In this document: piece by piece, positions 17,647 through 27,266 of the stretch
How the letters are laid out: each line of letters begins with the position of its first letter
Position numbering within the stretch: position 1 is the first letter of the stretch
Program-made: the position numbers and the translations under genes
Assembly: GCA_947178445.1 (NCBI GenBank)
Contig: CAMWYJ010000002.1
Coordinates: 96,479 to 160,478 of the forward strand
Reading direction: 5' to 3'
DNA length: 64,000 nucleotides
From: an uncultured Clostridium sp.
Lineage (GTDB): Bacteria; Bacillota; Clostridia; Lachnospirales; Lachnospiraceae
Notes under the pieces: model-generated
Seen by the model: only the letters and a program-made list of their open reading frames with translations
The model's database searches: none
What the model was told of the DNA's origin: nothing

Positions 17647-18294
17647 ATGACATTTAAGCATCAAACCACGAAAATTTACTCAAAATACAATAATTTGATA
17701 GCTATTGACGTAATTCCGGGACACTTTGCAACCAATCATTCCCATATCACACATTATATCGATATGTCTGTTCTAAAAGCCCGCCAGAGCATGGCAAGGG
17801 CTGCTGCAAAATCAATCGCAAATGAATATATGGCTTCAACTGTTATTGATACCATTGTATGCATGGATGGCACAGAGGTGATTGGCTCTTATCTTGCAGA
17901 AGAGCTTACCCATTCCGGTATCATGTCAATGAACCAGCACAAGGCTATGTACATAGTTACTCCAGAATTTAACTCTGTTGGACAGATGGTTTTCCGTGAT
18001 AACCTTCAACCAATGATCAAAGGAAAACACGTCTTATTCCTGCTGGCATCTGCCACAACAGGACGCACCATTGAGAGAAGCTTAGAATGTGTATCCTACT
18101 ATGGAGGGATCGTAGCCGGTATCTCTGCAATTTTCTCTGCAAATGAAGAGATTGCCGGACAGAAGATACATACTTTATTCCATGTTGAAGATATTCCTCA
18201 ATATAATACATACCCACACAATGCATGTCCTTTCTGTCAGGCTGGCAAAAAGATTGAGGCCATTGTTAACAGCTACGGATACTCTAAACTATAA
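17647..18294 (+). CDS. Phosphoribosyltransferase-domain protein (PyrE-like)
   Basis: ATG at 17647 follows AAGGAGG. The PRTase-like block is KGKHVLFLLASATTGRTI. Specific substrate not inferable. Confidence 0.55.
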   Translation: MTFKHQTTKIYSKYNNLIAIDVIPGHFATNHSHITHYIDMSVLKARQSMARAAAKSIANEYMASTVIDTIVCMDGTEVIGSYLAEELTHSGIMSMNQHKAMYIVTPEFNSVGQMVFRDNLQPMIKGKHVLFLLASATTGRTIERSLECVSYYGGIVAGISAIFSANEEIAGQKIHTLFHVEDIPQYNTYPHNACPFCQAGKKIEAIVNSYGYSKL

Positions 18295-18318
18295 AATATT
18301 ATTGTGTTTTAATCCAAA

Positions 18319-18368
18319 AATGGCTGCTACACGGAATATCGTTTTCCATGTGGCAGCCATTTCGTTTT
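18319..18368 (+). terminator. Rho-independent terminator
   Basis: ATGGCTGCTACA..TGTGGCAGCCAT stem followed by TTCGTTTT. Confidence 0.55.
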
Positions 18369-18673
18369 ACACGAATCACCTTACACTATGCTCATACCGT
18401 CATCATCCAATTCAAAATCTCCACAATAAATACAGCCGCTGAAATAAAACTGATTGCATAAATACATACATCTCCAATTATCTGTTTTACCCTTCTAATC
18501 TGTCTCGCTCTCTCCATAATATTCACCATACCCTTTCTCTTCCGGTTTCCTTTGAAACAATACCTTACATGTCCTGTAACTGTTCTAAATTCAGAATATC
18601 ACCACACCTTGACAGACTATGGCAAACACTATTTTATTTTTTAAAAACGGATTCTTAATTTTCTGTATTTTCT

Positions 18674-19456
18674 TTAATAAGAAGAATTTACCATCGGAAT
18701 TCCCACCTTTATATATGTTTTATCATTTTCCTCATCATAGGCCATCACAAGCTGCACATTTGTTTTCTCCCCTTTATGCATCAGGTAGGATGCCTCTTCT
18801 CTCCGATATCCATATACTGTATAGATCCCGTTCTCATTTATCGTCTCTACCAGCGAGGCATGCAGTACATCAAACAATCTATCAACCGTTTCCTCTGCGT
18901 TTACTATCAAATTCCCTGTCTGTTCCATCATAACTTCAAAATTTACAGTTGCCTTTACGCCAATCTCCTCGTAAATCCGTTTTACCATATCATAATATTC
19001 TTTTCCCTGCTTTACAGAATCTCTTGTATTTATACGGATTAAAATATACTGCTCCGCTTCTTCCTCCCCACCATTCTCATCCTCCGATACATTCCCCATA
19101 CTCACAAGCTGTAATACCACTTCCATCTTTTCTGTTCCGTGTATAAGCTCAAGCCTTTCATAGCTTTCCCCAGTTGAAGAATGTATGTCATAAGGCGCAG
19201 AAATCTCCAGCTTATCGGCAAGATTTTTAAGCATTTGCTCCTTTGTATCATCCGAAAGCTCCATTCTTCCAAAATAACCATATCCCGTTATCATTTCTTC
19301 TACTACATCATTTTCTACTACAGAAAATGCAGTCACTGCCTGTTCCTGCTTCTGTCTGCTTTGCTGGTAATTTACGAAAATCTGCAATGCAACGATGCTC
19401 CATACCAAAATTAAAAAGCTGATTTTTACTTTTCTGGTCACAAAAAATGCCCCCAA
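18674..19456 (-). CDS. YwmB-family (DUF1779-like) membrane-anchored protein
   Basis: N-terminal TM. The C-terminal NVQLVMAYDEENDKTYIKVGIPMVNSSY resembles the YwmB family ending, from memory. Confidence 0.5.
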   Translation of the reverse strand: MGAFFVTRKVKISFLILVWSIVALQIFVNYQQSRQKQEQAVTAFSVVENDVVEEMITGYGYFGRMELSDDTKEQMLKNLADKLEISAPYDIHSSTGESYERLELIHGTEKMEVVLQLVSMGNVSEDENGGEEEAEQYILIRINTRDSVKQGKEYYDMVKRIYEEIGVKATVNFEVMMEQTGNLIVNAEETVDRLFDVLHASLVETINENGIYTVYGYRREEASYLMHKGEKTNVQLVMAYDEENDKTYIKVGIPMVNSSY

Positions 19457-19491
19457 TCCTTTTTATTATAGGATTGACGGCATTTCAAATT

Positions 19492-20208
19492 CTATTCAAT
19501 ATTTTCCGGTCTTGTCTCCACAGGATCGCTTTTGGTCAACTCAAATGCAGATGAAATCTCCTGCTTTGATTCCTGGCTTTGCTGATGATAAGTCCATTCC
19601 TGTTCTTCTTGCATCATCCCCTCCTGTTTCCCTGTTTCCACAAGGGTAGGATTTTCTGTGGCTTCAAAAGAGGATTCTACTGGGCTTATTCCTGTTGTCT
19701 CTGAAGGATTTTCCATCTCCCCATATGTCACAAAGGATGGAGATGCTGTCTTGCCTGTTCGCCTGAACATATTTTTATATACCACATGAGTATCACAAAG
19801 CATATCATGAAACCCCTGCTTTTCCTTCTGAACAATCACCGCAAGATACCCAATATTGAGCAACGAAGACAAAAAACGTCCAACCGTCTCACGGTACAAT
19901 ACGTTCGTGAAGGTCCATTTTTTCTCACTGGTCACCTCAAGGTGAAACAGCATTTTTCCTATTGTCGTATGCGCAAAATAAGTCAACAGTACAAAATAAG
20001 CTGCAATTCCCACATATCCTAGCACATCCAGAAAGGAATATTCAAATATAAAATTACTTTTCAGGAAATTCACACCGCCGGATGCTGCGATTGAAAACGG
20101 TATTTTTACCATCCCCACCACAATCGATGCAATCAACATATCAATGCCATACGCAACGAACCGCACAAAGAATCCCGCATACGCCTTACTCTCCAACTGG
20201 CTCTGCAT
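19492..20208 (-). CDS. RDD-family membrane protein
   Basis: YAGFFVRFVAYGIDMLI .. RETVGRFLS .. GFHDMLCDTHVV layout of RDD domains, with an acidic/Gln-rich tail. Confidence 0.8.
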   Translation of the reverse strand: MQSQLESKAYAGFFVRFVAYGIDMLIASIVVGMVKIPFSIAASGGVNFLKSNFIFEYSFLDVLGYVGIAAYFVLLTYFAHTTIGKMLFHLEVTSEKKWTFTNVLYRETVGRFLSSLLNIGYLAVIVQKEKQGFHDMLCDTHVVYKNMFRRTGKTASPSFVTYGEMENPSETTGISPVESSFEATENPTLVETGKQEGMMQEEQEWTYHQQSQESKQEISSAFELTKSDPVETRPENIE

Positions 20209-21244
20209 AATACATTGGCACCCCGCTTCCTAAATTGTTCATCAAATCAACCAATACCTCTGACTCGGACTTCTCCTTCGCATTTGCCAAAGAGCCAAAG
20301 ATGCCTGCCAGATATCCATTCGCCCTTTGTGGTTCATAAAAGAACGAAACACCACTCTGCTCTTTTACATAATCGTCAAATTCCTCAGAGGTTTTGATGC
20401 CATCAATCAAACCGTTCTCCACGGCCTGTGTTGCAGTATAAATACGGCCATCCGCTAACTTCTTTACCTGGTCAACCGTCATGTTACGACCCTCTGCCAC
20501 GATTTCCACAAACCGTTCATAATACTCATCTACCACAGACTGATAAATGGCAAGCTGTTCATTGGTCATTGGTTTTCCGGCACTTCCCATATCCTTATTC
20601 TTTGCAGAAACAATGTTCACCTCTTTGATGCCAAGCTTTTCATATAGTCCGCTCATATCATAACTAGACATAATAACACCAATAGAACCTGTTGTCGTAA
20701 TGCGGTTTGCATACTGCTCATCTGAAGCAGATGCAATATAAACGCCGCCGGAGCAGCAATAGCTCTCCATATAAACCCAGATTGGACGTCCTGTTTTTTC
20801 CTTATACTGCTTAATCTTAAGATAAAGTTCATCTGCCTCATACACCGTTCCGCCCGGTGTATCCATCCGCAAAATCATGCCTTTATTGTGCCCATTATCA
20901 ATCAATTTATCTACATACTCCATCAGCAGATTATGGTCATATCCTATAGTCGTACCATAAATGCTTCCTGAATCTGAGCTTGCCTGAATGGTTCCCTCCA
21001 CCGGTACCACCGCAATAAAATCCTTATCCCCCGGCATATCTGCGAGTGCTAATGATTTGCCGCCATATAATTCTTCCATAAAGCTGTTCAAACCGGATTT
21101 ACCAGCACTTTCTTCACTTGCAGATAACTGCGAAGATATCGTATTTGTCACTACACTAATGACTCCCACCACCACAAAAATCACAGCAGCAAGAATCAAA
21201 CCCTTGGTTTGTTTGTCATTCATTTTATTCTCCTCTTTTTGCAC
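20186..21244 (-). CDS. sppA: Signal peptide peptidase SppA (S49, 36K type)
   Basis: N-terminal TM and S49 blocks (ILRMDTPGGTVYEA, CCSGGVYIASA, GSIGV, K-containing VNIVSAKNKD). Confidence 0.85.
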   Translation of the reverse strand: MQKEENKMNDKQTKGLILAAVIFVVVGVISVVTNTISSQLSASEESAGKSGLNSFMEELYGGKSLALADMPGDKDFIAVVPVEGTIQASSDSGSIYGTTIGYDHNLLMEYVDKLIDNGHNKGMILRMDTPGGTVYEADELYLKIKQYKEKTGRPIWVYMESYCCSGGVYIASASDEQYANRITTTGSIGVIMSSYDMSGLYEKLGIKEVNIVSAKNKDMGSAGKPMTNEQLAIYQSVVDEYYERFVEIVAEGRNMTVDQVKKLADGRIYTATQAVENGLIDGIKTSEEFDDYVKEQSGVSFFYEPQRANGYLAGIFGSLANAKEKSESEVLVDLMNNLGSGVPMYYAEPVGE

Positions 21245-21253
21245 AAAGCCTTC

Positions 21254-22801
21254 TTATAATGGAATATTTCCATGCTTCTTGTATGGTCTTGTTACATTCT
21301 TTGTCTTTAAAATATCGAGGGCAGACATAATCTTTATTCTCGTTTCATCCGGGCGGATTACCTCATCCACAAATCCACGTTTTGCTGCAATATAAGGATT
21401 TAAGAATTTCTCCTCGTATTCTTCAATCATCTCCGCACGCTTTGCTGCCGGATCCTCCGCTGCCTGAATCTGCCGACGCCCAATAATATTAACTGCGCCC
21501 TCCGCACCCATAACTGCAATTTCTGCAATTGGCCAGGCATATACGATATCTGCACCCATATGTTTCGAATTCATGGCAATATATGCACCCCCATACGCTT
21601 TACGCATGATAAGCGAAATTTTCGGAACGGTTGCTTCAGAGTATGCATATAAAATTTTTGCACCATGACGAATAATACCGTTATGCTCCTGCTCAGAACC
21701 TGGCAAAAATGCCGGAACATCAATCAGGGATACCAATGGGATATTAAAACAGTCACAAAAACGAATAAACCTTGCCATTTTGTCAGACGCATCGATATCT
21801 AAAGAGCCACCTTTAAAATTTGCCTGATTACAGACAAACCCAACCGTGTTACCATCCATCCTGCCAAACCCGGTTACTGCATTTTTTGCCCAGTTCTTCT
21901 GAACCTCAAAAAAACTCTCCCTGTCAATCATGGCATTGATTACCTCATGTACATCATAGCTCTTTTTCTTGTTGTCCGGAACAATATTTGTTAAGGCTTT
22001 ACATTTATCCACTGCCTTGCTTCCTGCTTTCACCGGAAGCGGCGACTGGTTATTATCCGGCAGATAAGAAAGCAGTTCCCTTACACCACCTAAACAATTC
22101 TTTTCACTCTTATACAAAAAATGTGCCACACCCGACTTAGTGGCATGCGTCATAGCACCACCTAACTCATCCGGTGTTAATTCCTCTCCAATTACGGTCT
22201 TAACCACTTGCGGACCGGTTATAAACATCTTACTGACTTCCTCCACCACGAAAATAAAGTCACAAATAGCAGGAGAGTAGCAGGCACCTCCGGAACATGG
22301 TCCCAAAATAACTGCTATCTGCGGAATCACACCAGATGCAATCGTATTTCTCTCAAAAATTCCGGAATATCCGCTTAACGAATCAATACCTTCCTCAATC
22401 CGGGCTCCACCACTATCATTAATCGTTACAATTGGGCATTTCATCCGAATTGCCATATCCTGCAAATGTACAATCTTTCTTGAATGATATTCCCCAAGAC
22501 TTCCTCCGATAACCGTAAAATCTTCAGACGATGCAAATACCGTTCTGCCATTCACCTTACCGTATCCGGTGACAACACCATCTCCTGGAATACGTTTCTT
22601 ATCCAGTCCGAAATCATCAATTCGGGATTCTGCCAAATCATTAACCTCTACAAACGTTCCCTCATCAAACAAAATCTCCAGACGTTCTCTTGCTGTTAAT
22701 TTGCCTTTTTCGTGCTGTTTCTCAATCGCTGCTTCTCCACCGCCAAGCCTTGCCTGACTTCTCCGATTTTCTAAATCTTCAATCGCTTCATTCCAATTCA
22801 T
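21254..22801 (-). CDS. Acyl-CoA carboxylase carboxyltransferase subunit (methylmalonyl-CoA decarboxylase alpha / PCC beta family)
   Basis: Two crotonase-like CT domains (GGSLGEYHSRKI.., GGAYIAMNSKHMGAD..). ATG at 22801 (MNWNEAIEDL) follows AGGAGGAAAG. Confidence 0.88.
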   Translation of the reverse strand: MNWNEAIEDLENRRSQARLGGGEAAIEKQHEKGKLTARERLEILFDEGTFVEVNDLAESRIDDFGLDKKRIPGDGVVTGYGKVNGRTVFASSEDFTVIGGSLGEYHSRKIVHLQDMAIRMKCPIVTINDSGGARIEEGIDSLSGYSGIFERNTIASGVIPQIAVILGPCSGGACYSPAICDFIFVVEEVSKMFITGPQVVKTVIGEELTPDELGGAMTHATKSGVAHFLYKSEKNCLGGVRELLSYLPDNNQSPLPVKAGSKAVDKCKALTNIVPDNKKKSYDVHEVINAMIDRESFFEVQKNWAKNAVTGFGRMDGNTVGFVCNQANFKGGSLDIDASDKMARFIRFCDCFNIPLVSLIDVPAFLPGSEQEHNGIIRHGAKILYAYSEATVPKISLIMRKAYGGAYIAMNSKHMGADIVYAWPIAEIAVMGAEGAVNIIGRRQIQAAEDPAAKRAEMIEEYEEKFLNPYIAAKRGFVDEVIRPDETRIKIMSALDILKTKNVTRPYKKHGNIPL

Positions 22802-22832
22802 GATTCTTTCCTCCTGGAACATCATTCTACCT

Positions 22833-22970
22833 CAGTCAAATACCCCGCAACAAGCTACGGGGCATGACCTAGCTTCTTTTAGTAAGTTCGCCCCAAGGGG
22901 CGGGGTATTTGACCCGCACGCAGTCGCCAAATGCAAACAAGCTTGCGCTTGGCTCGTTGCGTATGCGAGA
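22833..22970. repeat. GC-rich structured intergenic repeat (family copy D) in the carboxyltransferase 5' leader
   Basis: TCAAATACCCCGC..GCGGGGTATTTGA inverted repeat enclosing two small hairpins (CCCCG..CGGGG; CGCCCC..GGGGCG), followed by a GTCGCCAAATGC..CGCTTGGCTCGTT module shared with 9341-9379. Confidence 0.5.
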
Positions 22971-23109
22971 ATAAAAATGCTGTATCTCTACAATGCTTAC
23001 ATTACTTGTTGATTTTACAACAACTTTCTCCGGCTTGCAAGTATTATATAAAAGATAAACAATCGTCCTGTGCGATTTGAAACATCAAATCCTCCAAACC
23101 AAATGACAG

Positions 23110-24819
23110 CTAATCCTCTGATGTGACGGTTCTCATCCACTCTTCCAGAGTCGTAACCTGCAGCCCTGGCACAATCGCACCACCTTCCGTTGCATCATAT
23201 ACCGGCATTACCACATCTTCTTTCTTTACCCGTTTTTCTATCCATTTGTTATATATAATAAATAAACGGCTTGTAGGAACCGTTCCTCCGCCTATTGCAG
23301 AAACCTGCTGCATATCTGCTGTTTCACCCGCCATCCTTCTCGCCGTTCCGGCAGCATGGGCTAGATTATCCGTATATGCCAGATCCAAACCGATAAATGC
23401 AATGGATTTGCTGTTTAAATAAATACATACATCCAAAGCGGTGGTGCTGACAGAACCACCTGTTTCATATAAATGCCACCCTTTTTTCGCCGCCAGCTCC
23501 TCTGCCCGGTCATATCCATTTTGACAAATCAAATATTTCTTTCCCTGATAGTTTTGGGAATACCCCTTATAGGCTGTTGCCAAATAAAGCATAGGAACCT
23601 GGCTATCCTCCAACCCTTTGATATGACTATATATCCGGCTATTGGCATCTGTTACAATCATATAATCTACATCAATTCCAAGGCTTAAAAGCTTTCGAAA
23701 TGCAGTTTCTACTGACAAAATAACCATATTCGGCTTTTTTTCTTTTAATAATTCCACATTTTTGTCCAGAGATGGTCCGGCTGCCACAATAACTACATCC
23801 TTTCCCTCAAAGCTCTCCCGAAGCCCATCTACATACCCATCATATTGCCTGAAATTCTCCCGGCTGTTACTCTCAAACAAAGCAGCAACATTACGTTTAC
23901 CACTGTCACGAATGAAAAACATTTCCATCTGTTCACGAATCCGTTCATCCTGAATATGACGCAGGGAAGGATGATGTATTATTAAATTTTCCTGAATGTT
24001 TGAAAGCGTACCAATAATTTTTTGGAAATCAGGATCATACACAATAGAAAATCCCGGTAAAGCAAGAAAATAAGACATATCTACAGCTGACAGACAATGG
24101 TAAATAATATCCAGGTCGTTTTCATAAACTGTCAGCACAAGCCCCTCATCCAGCAGCAGTAATTCCCTGACATGATAGCCCAGACCCATACCCCAGATTA
24201 CATAGTTTTCACTCCCCGCCCGATAATAATATCTTGCAAAATCCGCAGCCTCAGCCATTGGAGCTACATTGCTGTGATAGTAATACATTCCCTGTTCGTC
24301 CTGTCCCGACATAGTAAAGGCACCGGAATTCGTATCCTCTAAACGATGCATTCCCTGCCATGTACCTGCTTCACTTTCTTTCTCATAACGTTCATGATAA
24401 GCTTTTAGCTGTTTCCACAAAACAGCATCCTTTTTTTCCAGGGCAGCCATATTATTTATCCACACATTCGGATCTGTACAAATGACATCATAACTGCGAA
24501 TTACACTCTGCAAGGATTGTAAAAATGGAATCAACTGAAGTTCCAGCAAATCTGCCAATAAGACATAGTCCTGATTTTCCTGTGCACTCAGCATATCTTG
24601 CAAAGATGCGCCTACTCCCTCCTGGCTCACGAATTCCATATCCCGGTTATAATAAGTAAGATCGGAAAAGACAGCCTCCAACATCGGCATCATAGAACCC
24701 GTTACCTGACCAAAGAGCCTCACCACACAATCATAATTTTGTGTGTGGCAGGCATAAATAATTCTATGAATATGCTCCTGCAGTTGTGTACTGATGTTGT
24801 AAATCTGTTGTTTTGTCAT
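23110..24819 (-). CDS. Motility-associated factor (Maf) family glycosyltransferase (DUF115/MptE-like)
   Basis: Central VVIVAAGPSLDKN..DYMIVTDAN..GGSVSTTALD blocks typical of Maf nonulosonate transferases. ATG at 24819 overlaps the upstream stop (ATGA) and follows GGAGAAGGAGAAAA. Confidence 0.8.
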   Translation of the reverse strand: MTKQQIYNISTQLQEHIHRIIYACHTQNYDCVVRLFGQVTGSMMPMLEAVFSDLTYYNRDMEFVSQEGVGASLQDMLSAQENQDYVLLADLLELQLIPFLQSLQSVIRSYDVICTDPNVWINNMAALEKKDAVLWKQLKAYHERYEKESEAGTWQGMHRLEDTNSGAFTMSGQDEQGMYYYHSNVAPMAEAADFARYYYRAGSENYVIWGMGLGYHVRELLLLDEGLVLTVYENDLDIIYHCLSAVDMSYFLALPGFSIVYDPDFQKIIGTLSNIQENLIIHHPSLRHIQDERIREQMEMFFIRDSGKRNVAALFESNSRENFRQYDGYVDGLRESFEGKDVVIVAAGPSLDKNVELLKEKKPNMVILSVETAFRKLLSLGIDVDYMIVTDANSRIYSHIKGLEDSQVPMLYLATAYKGYSQNYQGKKYLICQNGYDRAEELAAKKGWHLYETGGSVSTTALDVCIYLNSKSIAFIGLDLAYTDNLAHAAGTARRMAGETADMQQVSAIGGGTVPTSRLFIIYNKWIEKRVKKEDVVMPVYDATEGGAIVPGLQVTTLEEWMRTVTSED

Positions 24820-27203
24820 TTTTCTCCTTCTCTCCACTTCTCAAACCCAAGTTCCATATTAATTGTAATATCTGTACTTTCCCACATTTCATCAGAGCCC
24901 TCTGTGGTTTCTCCGACAAACAAAAGCGTACTGATATCTCCATCCGCTCCCTCTGGCAGGCAATATGAATACACATTTTTGTTATTTCCCTTATTTATAA
25001 GGATTTTCTCTCCTGTATCCGGTGCCACCAAATAGATATTACAATCCTTCTTTACCCCTGTATCTGACACCTCATCCTTTACTGCCAGTTCAATACTCTT
25101 AATGTTTATCTTTACGTCAAACTCACTATTATTAACAAGTGTTATATCATCTGAGAATATCTGTTCACGGTTTAAAATCTGCTGGGGGTCAATATGTATT
25201 GTAAATTGCTGTGGCATAAATACAGATACCAGTTCTGGTTTTTCCACTGTAATGGTCTGCTCTTTTACCGATACATTACCTGCATGATCGGTAACCGTCA
25301 CCACAACATCATACTCCCCTTCTTCTGTAAACGGCAGAGAAAACTCGTATTTTGACGGAACCTCTATCCCTTTATCAATCACTACCTCCTCTAAAAGAGT
25401 GAGATCACTTATATCATAAGATTCTCCATTTACACTGCATTCCACCTTCTCAATACCTGAAATAATATGCCCCTTATCAGCCACATCAACCCATAAGGTA
25501 TATGGTGTAGTACAAATGGCATCCTGCGCCATGGAAATCTCCGGTGCACTCTGTTCCATCAAATAGTATTTGGATATCACATCTGAAGCATTGCCTGCTT
25601 TATCGGTGCAATTCATCAAAATTCTTCCATAAAAGTCATCTGCAATTTGAATCCCTGCCTCATTAAAATGGTCAACTACATATAAAAGCTTGTCACCATA
25701 CACATAACAAAGCTTATCAATACCAGTTCCCGGAGTTCCATCCAAATCATCATCACAAGCAATATTCAGCTTTGAGTCATTCGTGCAATAAATCGTCTTG
25801 TTATCACCCTGCAGTTTATTAAGTCCCTCCTCATCAAAGGTCAGCACTGGCGATACCGTGTCTTTTGAATAGGTAAAATCCACACCCGTCGTCACTTGGC
25901 TCCCATTTGAAAAATACAATGTTACCTTCTCATCTGCTGCATCCTTTGTAAGTGTTACCGCACTGCCAAACTCTCCATCTTCACCTATCCGCACCTGGTT
26001 AAATCCCTTTATTCCCGTCGGTTCAATTGTTATATCCCCTACAAATGCCTCCACATCTGTACGCATACTGCCCCTTACCGTAAAATAACCGGCATTTGCC
26101 ACAATCTTCTGCTCTGCCTCTTCCGATTCCTGTTCTTCCTCCCCAGACTGTACATCTTCTTCCTGTGCCAACGCCTCTTCCTGCTCTGTTTCTTCTGTAT
26201 CCGATGCGTTCTCCTGGTCTTCAGACACTCCTACATCATCTGCCTCTTCCTCAGAAGACGGCAGTTCCTCATTTGACTCACTCTTCCTGCCACCACTTAC
26301 TGTTTTCTTCACTGCTGTGCGGGCTTTTCGCTCATCTTCCGACAGGCTCTTTTCAATGGGAGATGTAGGAAGGATTGCATTCCAGATATTCTTCTGAAAC
26401 TGTATGCTGGCAGTTATCCGCTTGTCTTTTTCCGTATTGTCCTGTGTTTGCTCCTCACTATCCTCTGTATTCCGGATATCTTCCTCATCGTCCTGCGCCT
26501 GTCCCTCGCTATCCTCTGTATTCCGGGGATCTTCCTCACCATCTTCCATGTTCCGGTTACTTTCCTCATCATCTATATTCTGTGTCTGCTCTTCACTGTC
26601 TGCTACATCCTGAACATTTTTTCCATTATCCTTCTCAGGCCTCGTCTCAAATACATCATTTAACAGGTAATCCGCTTTTGTCTGCTTTCCATCATAATTA
26701 AAGTCGATGGCATATCCAATCTCTACCGGATATTGATAAAGTACTTTCTCTTCATTGCCCAAAGGCTTTATTCCATTGTTTCTATATAATGCCTGCACCT
26801 GTGAGAGCGGAACTGGATTTTCTACAACCGCATTTCTGTCACTGGTCTGCGCAGGAGACACAACATTTCTTTTTACGCTGCCTTTCTTACTGGATGTTTG
26901 TTCCTGCTGATCATAATCCGTCTTTTCTGCAGCTACCTCGGAATTATGAATTTCAATACTTGCCGTTGTATTCTTATTTGTCACTGTATTGTGTTTCTTC
27001 ACCGATGCTGTACTCATCATCTGTTCTTCCGGAATGGAATGTGTCACGCCACTTCCCAAAAGTGATATCATCAAGAGAAGTACCAGCGTACCAGCACAAA
27101 TACCCTCTGCCAGCCTCTTTTTCATTACAATTGATAATCTTCTATTCAATGTCGCAAAAAATACATATATATATACGAATATCCGGGCAATTTTTTCACG
27201 CAT
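24816..27203 (-). CDS. Large membrane-anchored surface protein with an acidic repeat region and Ig-like C-terminal domains
   Basis: 795 aa with a TM near the N-terminus, an about 250-aa D/E/S/T-rich tract with 17-aa repeats (RNTEDSE.Q.QDDEEDI) and beta-rich modules (e.g. VVVTVTDHAGNVS). SD GGGAGGA lies before 27203. Confidence 0.7.
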   Translation of the reverse strand: MREKIARIFVYIYVFFATLNRRLSIVMKKRLAEGICAGTLVLLLMISLLGSGVTHSIPEEQMMSTASVKKHNTVTNKNTTASIEIHNSEVAAEKTDYDQQEQTSSKKGSVKRNVVSPAQTSDRNAVVENPVPLSQVQALYRNNGIKPLGNEEKVLYQYPVEIGYAIDFNYDGKQTKADYLLNDVFETRPEKDNGKNVQDVADSEEQTQNIDDEESNRNMEDGEEDPRNTEDSEGQAQDDEEDIRNTEDSEEQTQDNTEKDKRITASIQFQKNIWNAILPTSPIEKSLSEDERKARTAVKKTVSGGRKSESNEELPSSEEEADDVGVSEDQENASDTEETEQEEALAQEEDVQSGEEEQESEEAEQKIVANAGYFTVRGSMRTDVEAFVGDITIEPTGIKGFNQVRIGEDGEFGSAVTLTKDAADEKVTLYFSNGSQVTTGVDFTYSKDTVSPVLTFDEEGLNKLQGDNKTIYCTNDSKLNIACDDDLDGTPGTGIDKLCYVYGDKLLYVVDHFNEAGIQIADDFYGRILMNCTDKAGNASDVISKYYLMEQSAPEISMAQDAICTTPYTLWVDVADKGHIISGIEKVECSVNGESYDISDLTLLEEVVIDKGIEVPSKYEFSLPFTEEGEYDVVVTVTDHAGNVSVKEQTITVEKPELVSVFMPQQFTIHIDPQQILNREQIFSDDITLVNNSEFDVKINIKSIELAVKDEVSDTGVKKDCNIYLVAPDTGEKILINKGNNKNVYSYCLPEGADGDISTLLFVGETTEGSDEMWESTDITINMELGFEKWREGEK
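26450..26600 (-). repeat. In-frame 51-bp tandem repeat (about 3 units) encoding the acidic RNTEDSE repeat
   Basis: CTATCCTCTGTATTCCGG recurs at 26458 and 26509 (51-nt period), followed by a third degenerate unit. Confidence 0.6.
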
Positions 27204-27266
27204 GGCTTATCCTCCCTTCCTGATCTTACAAATACTTTCAGTATTCGTCACTTTTAAACCAATCTA

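Noticed and set aside
26096-26701. Plus-strand ORFs (26096-26368, 26375-26701, 26404-26613, 26448-26663) antisense to the 795-aa gene
   Set aside because: These are Ser/Pro/Leu-rich low-complexity translations produced by reading the acidic repeat region backwards. They lack SDs and are nested in a well-supported minus-strand gene.
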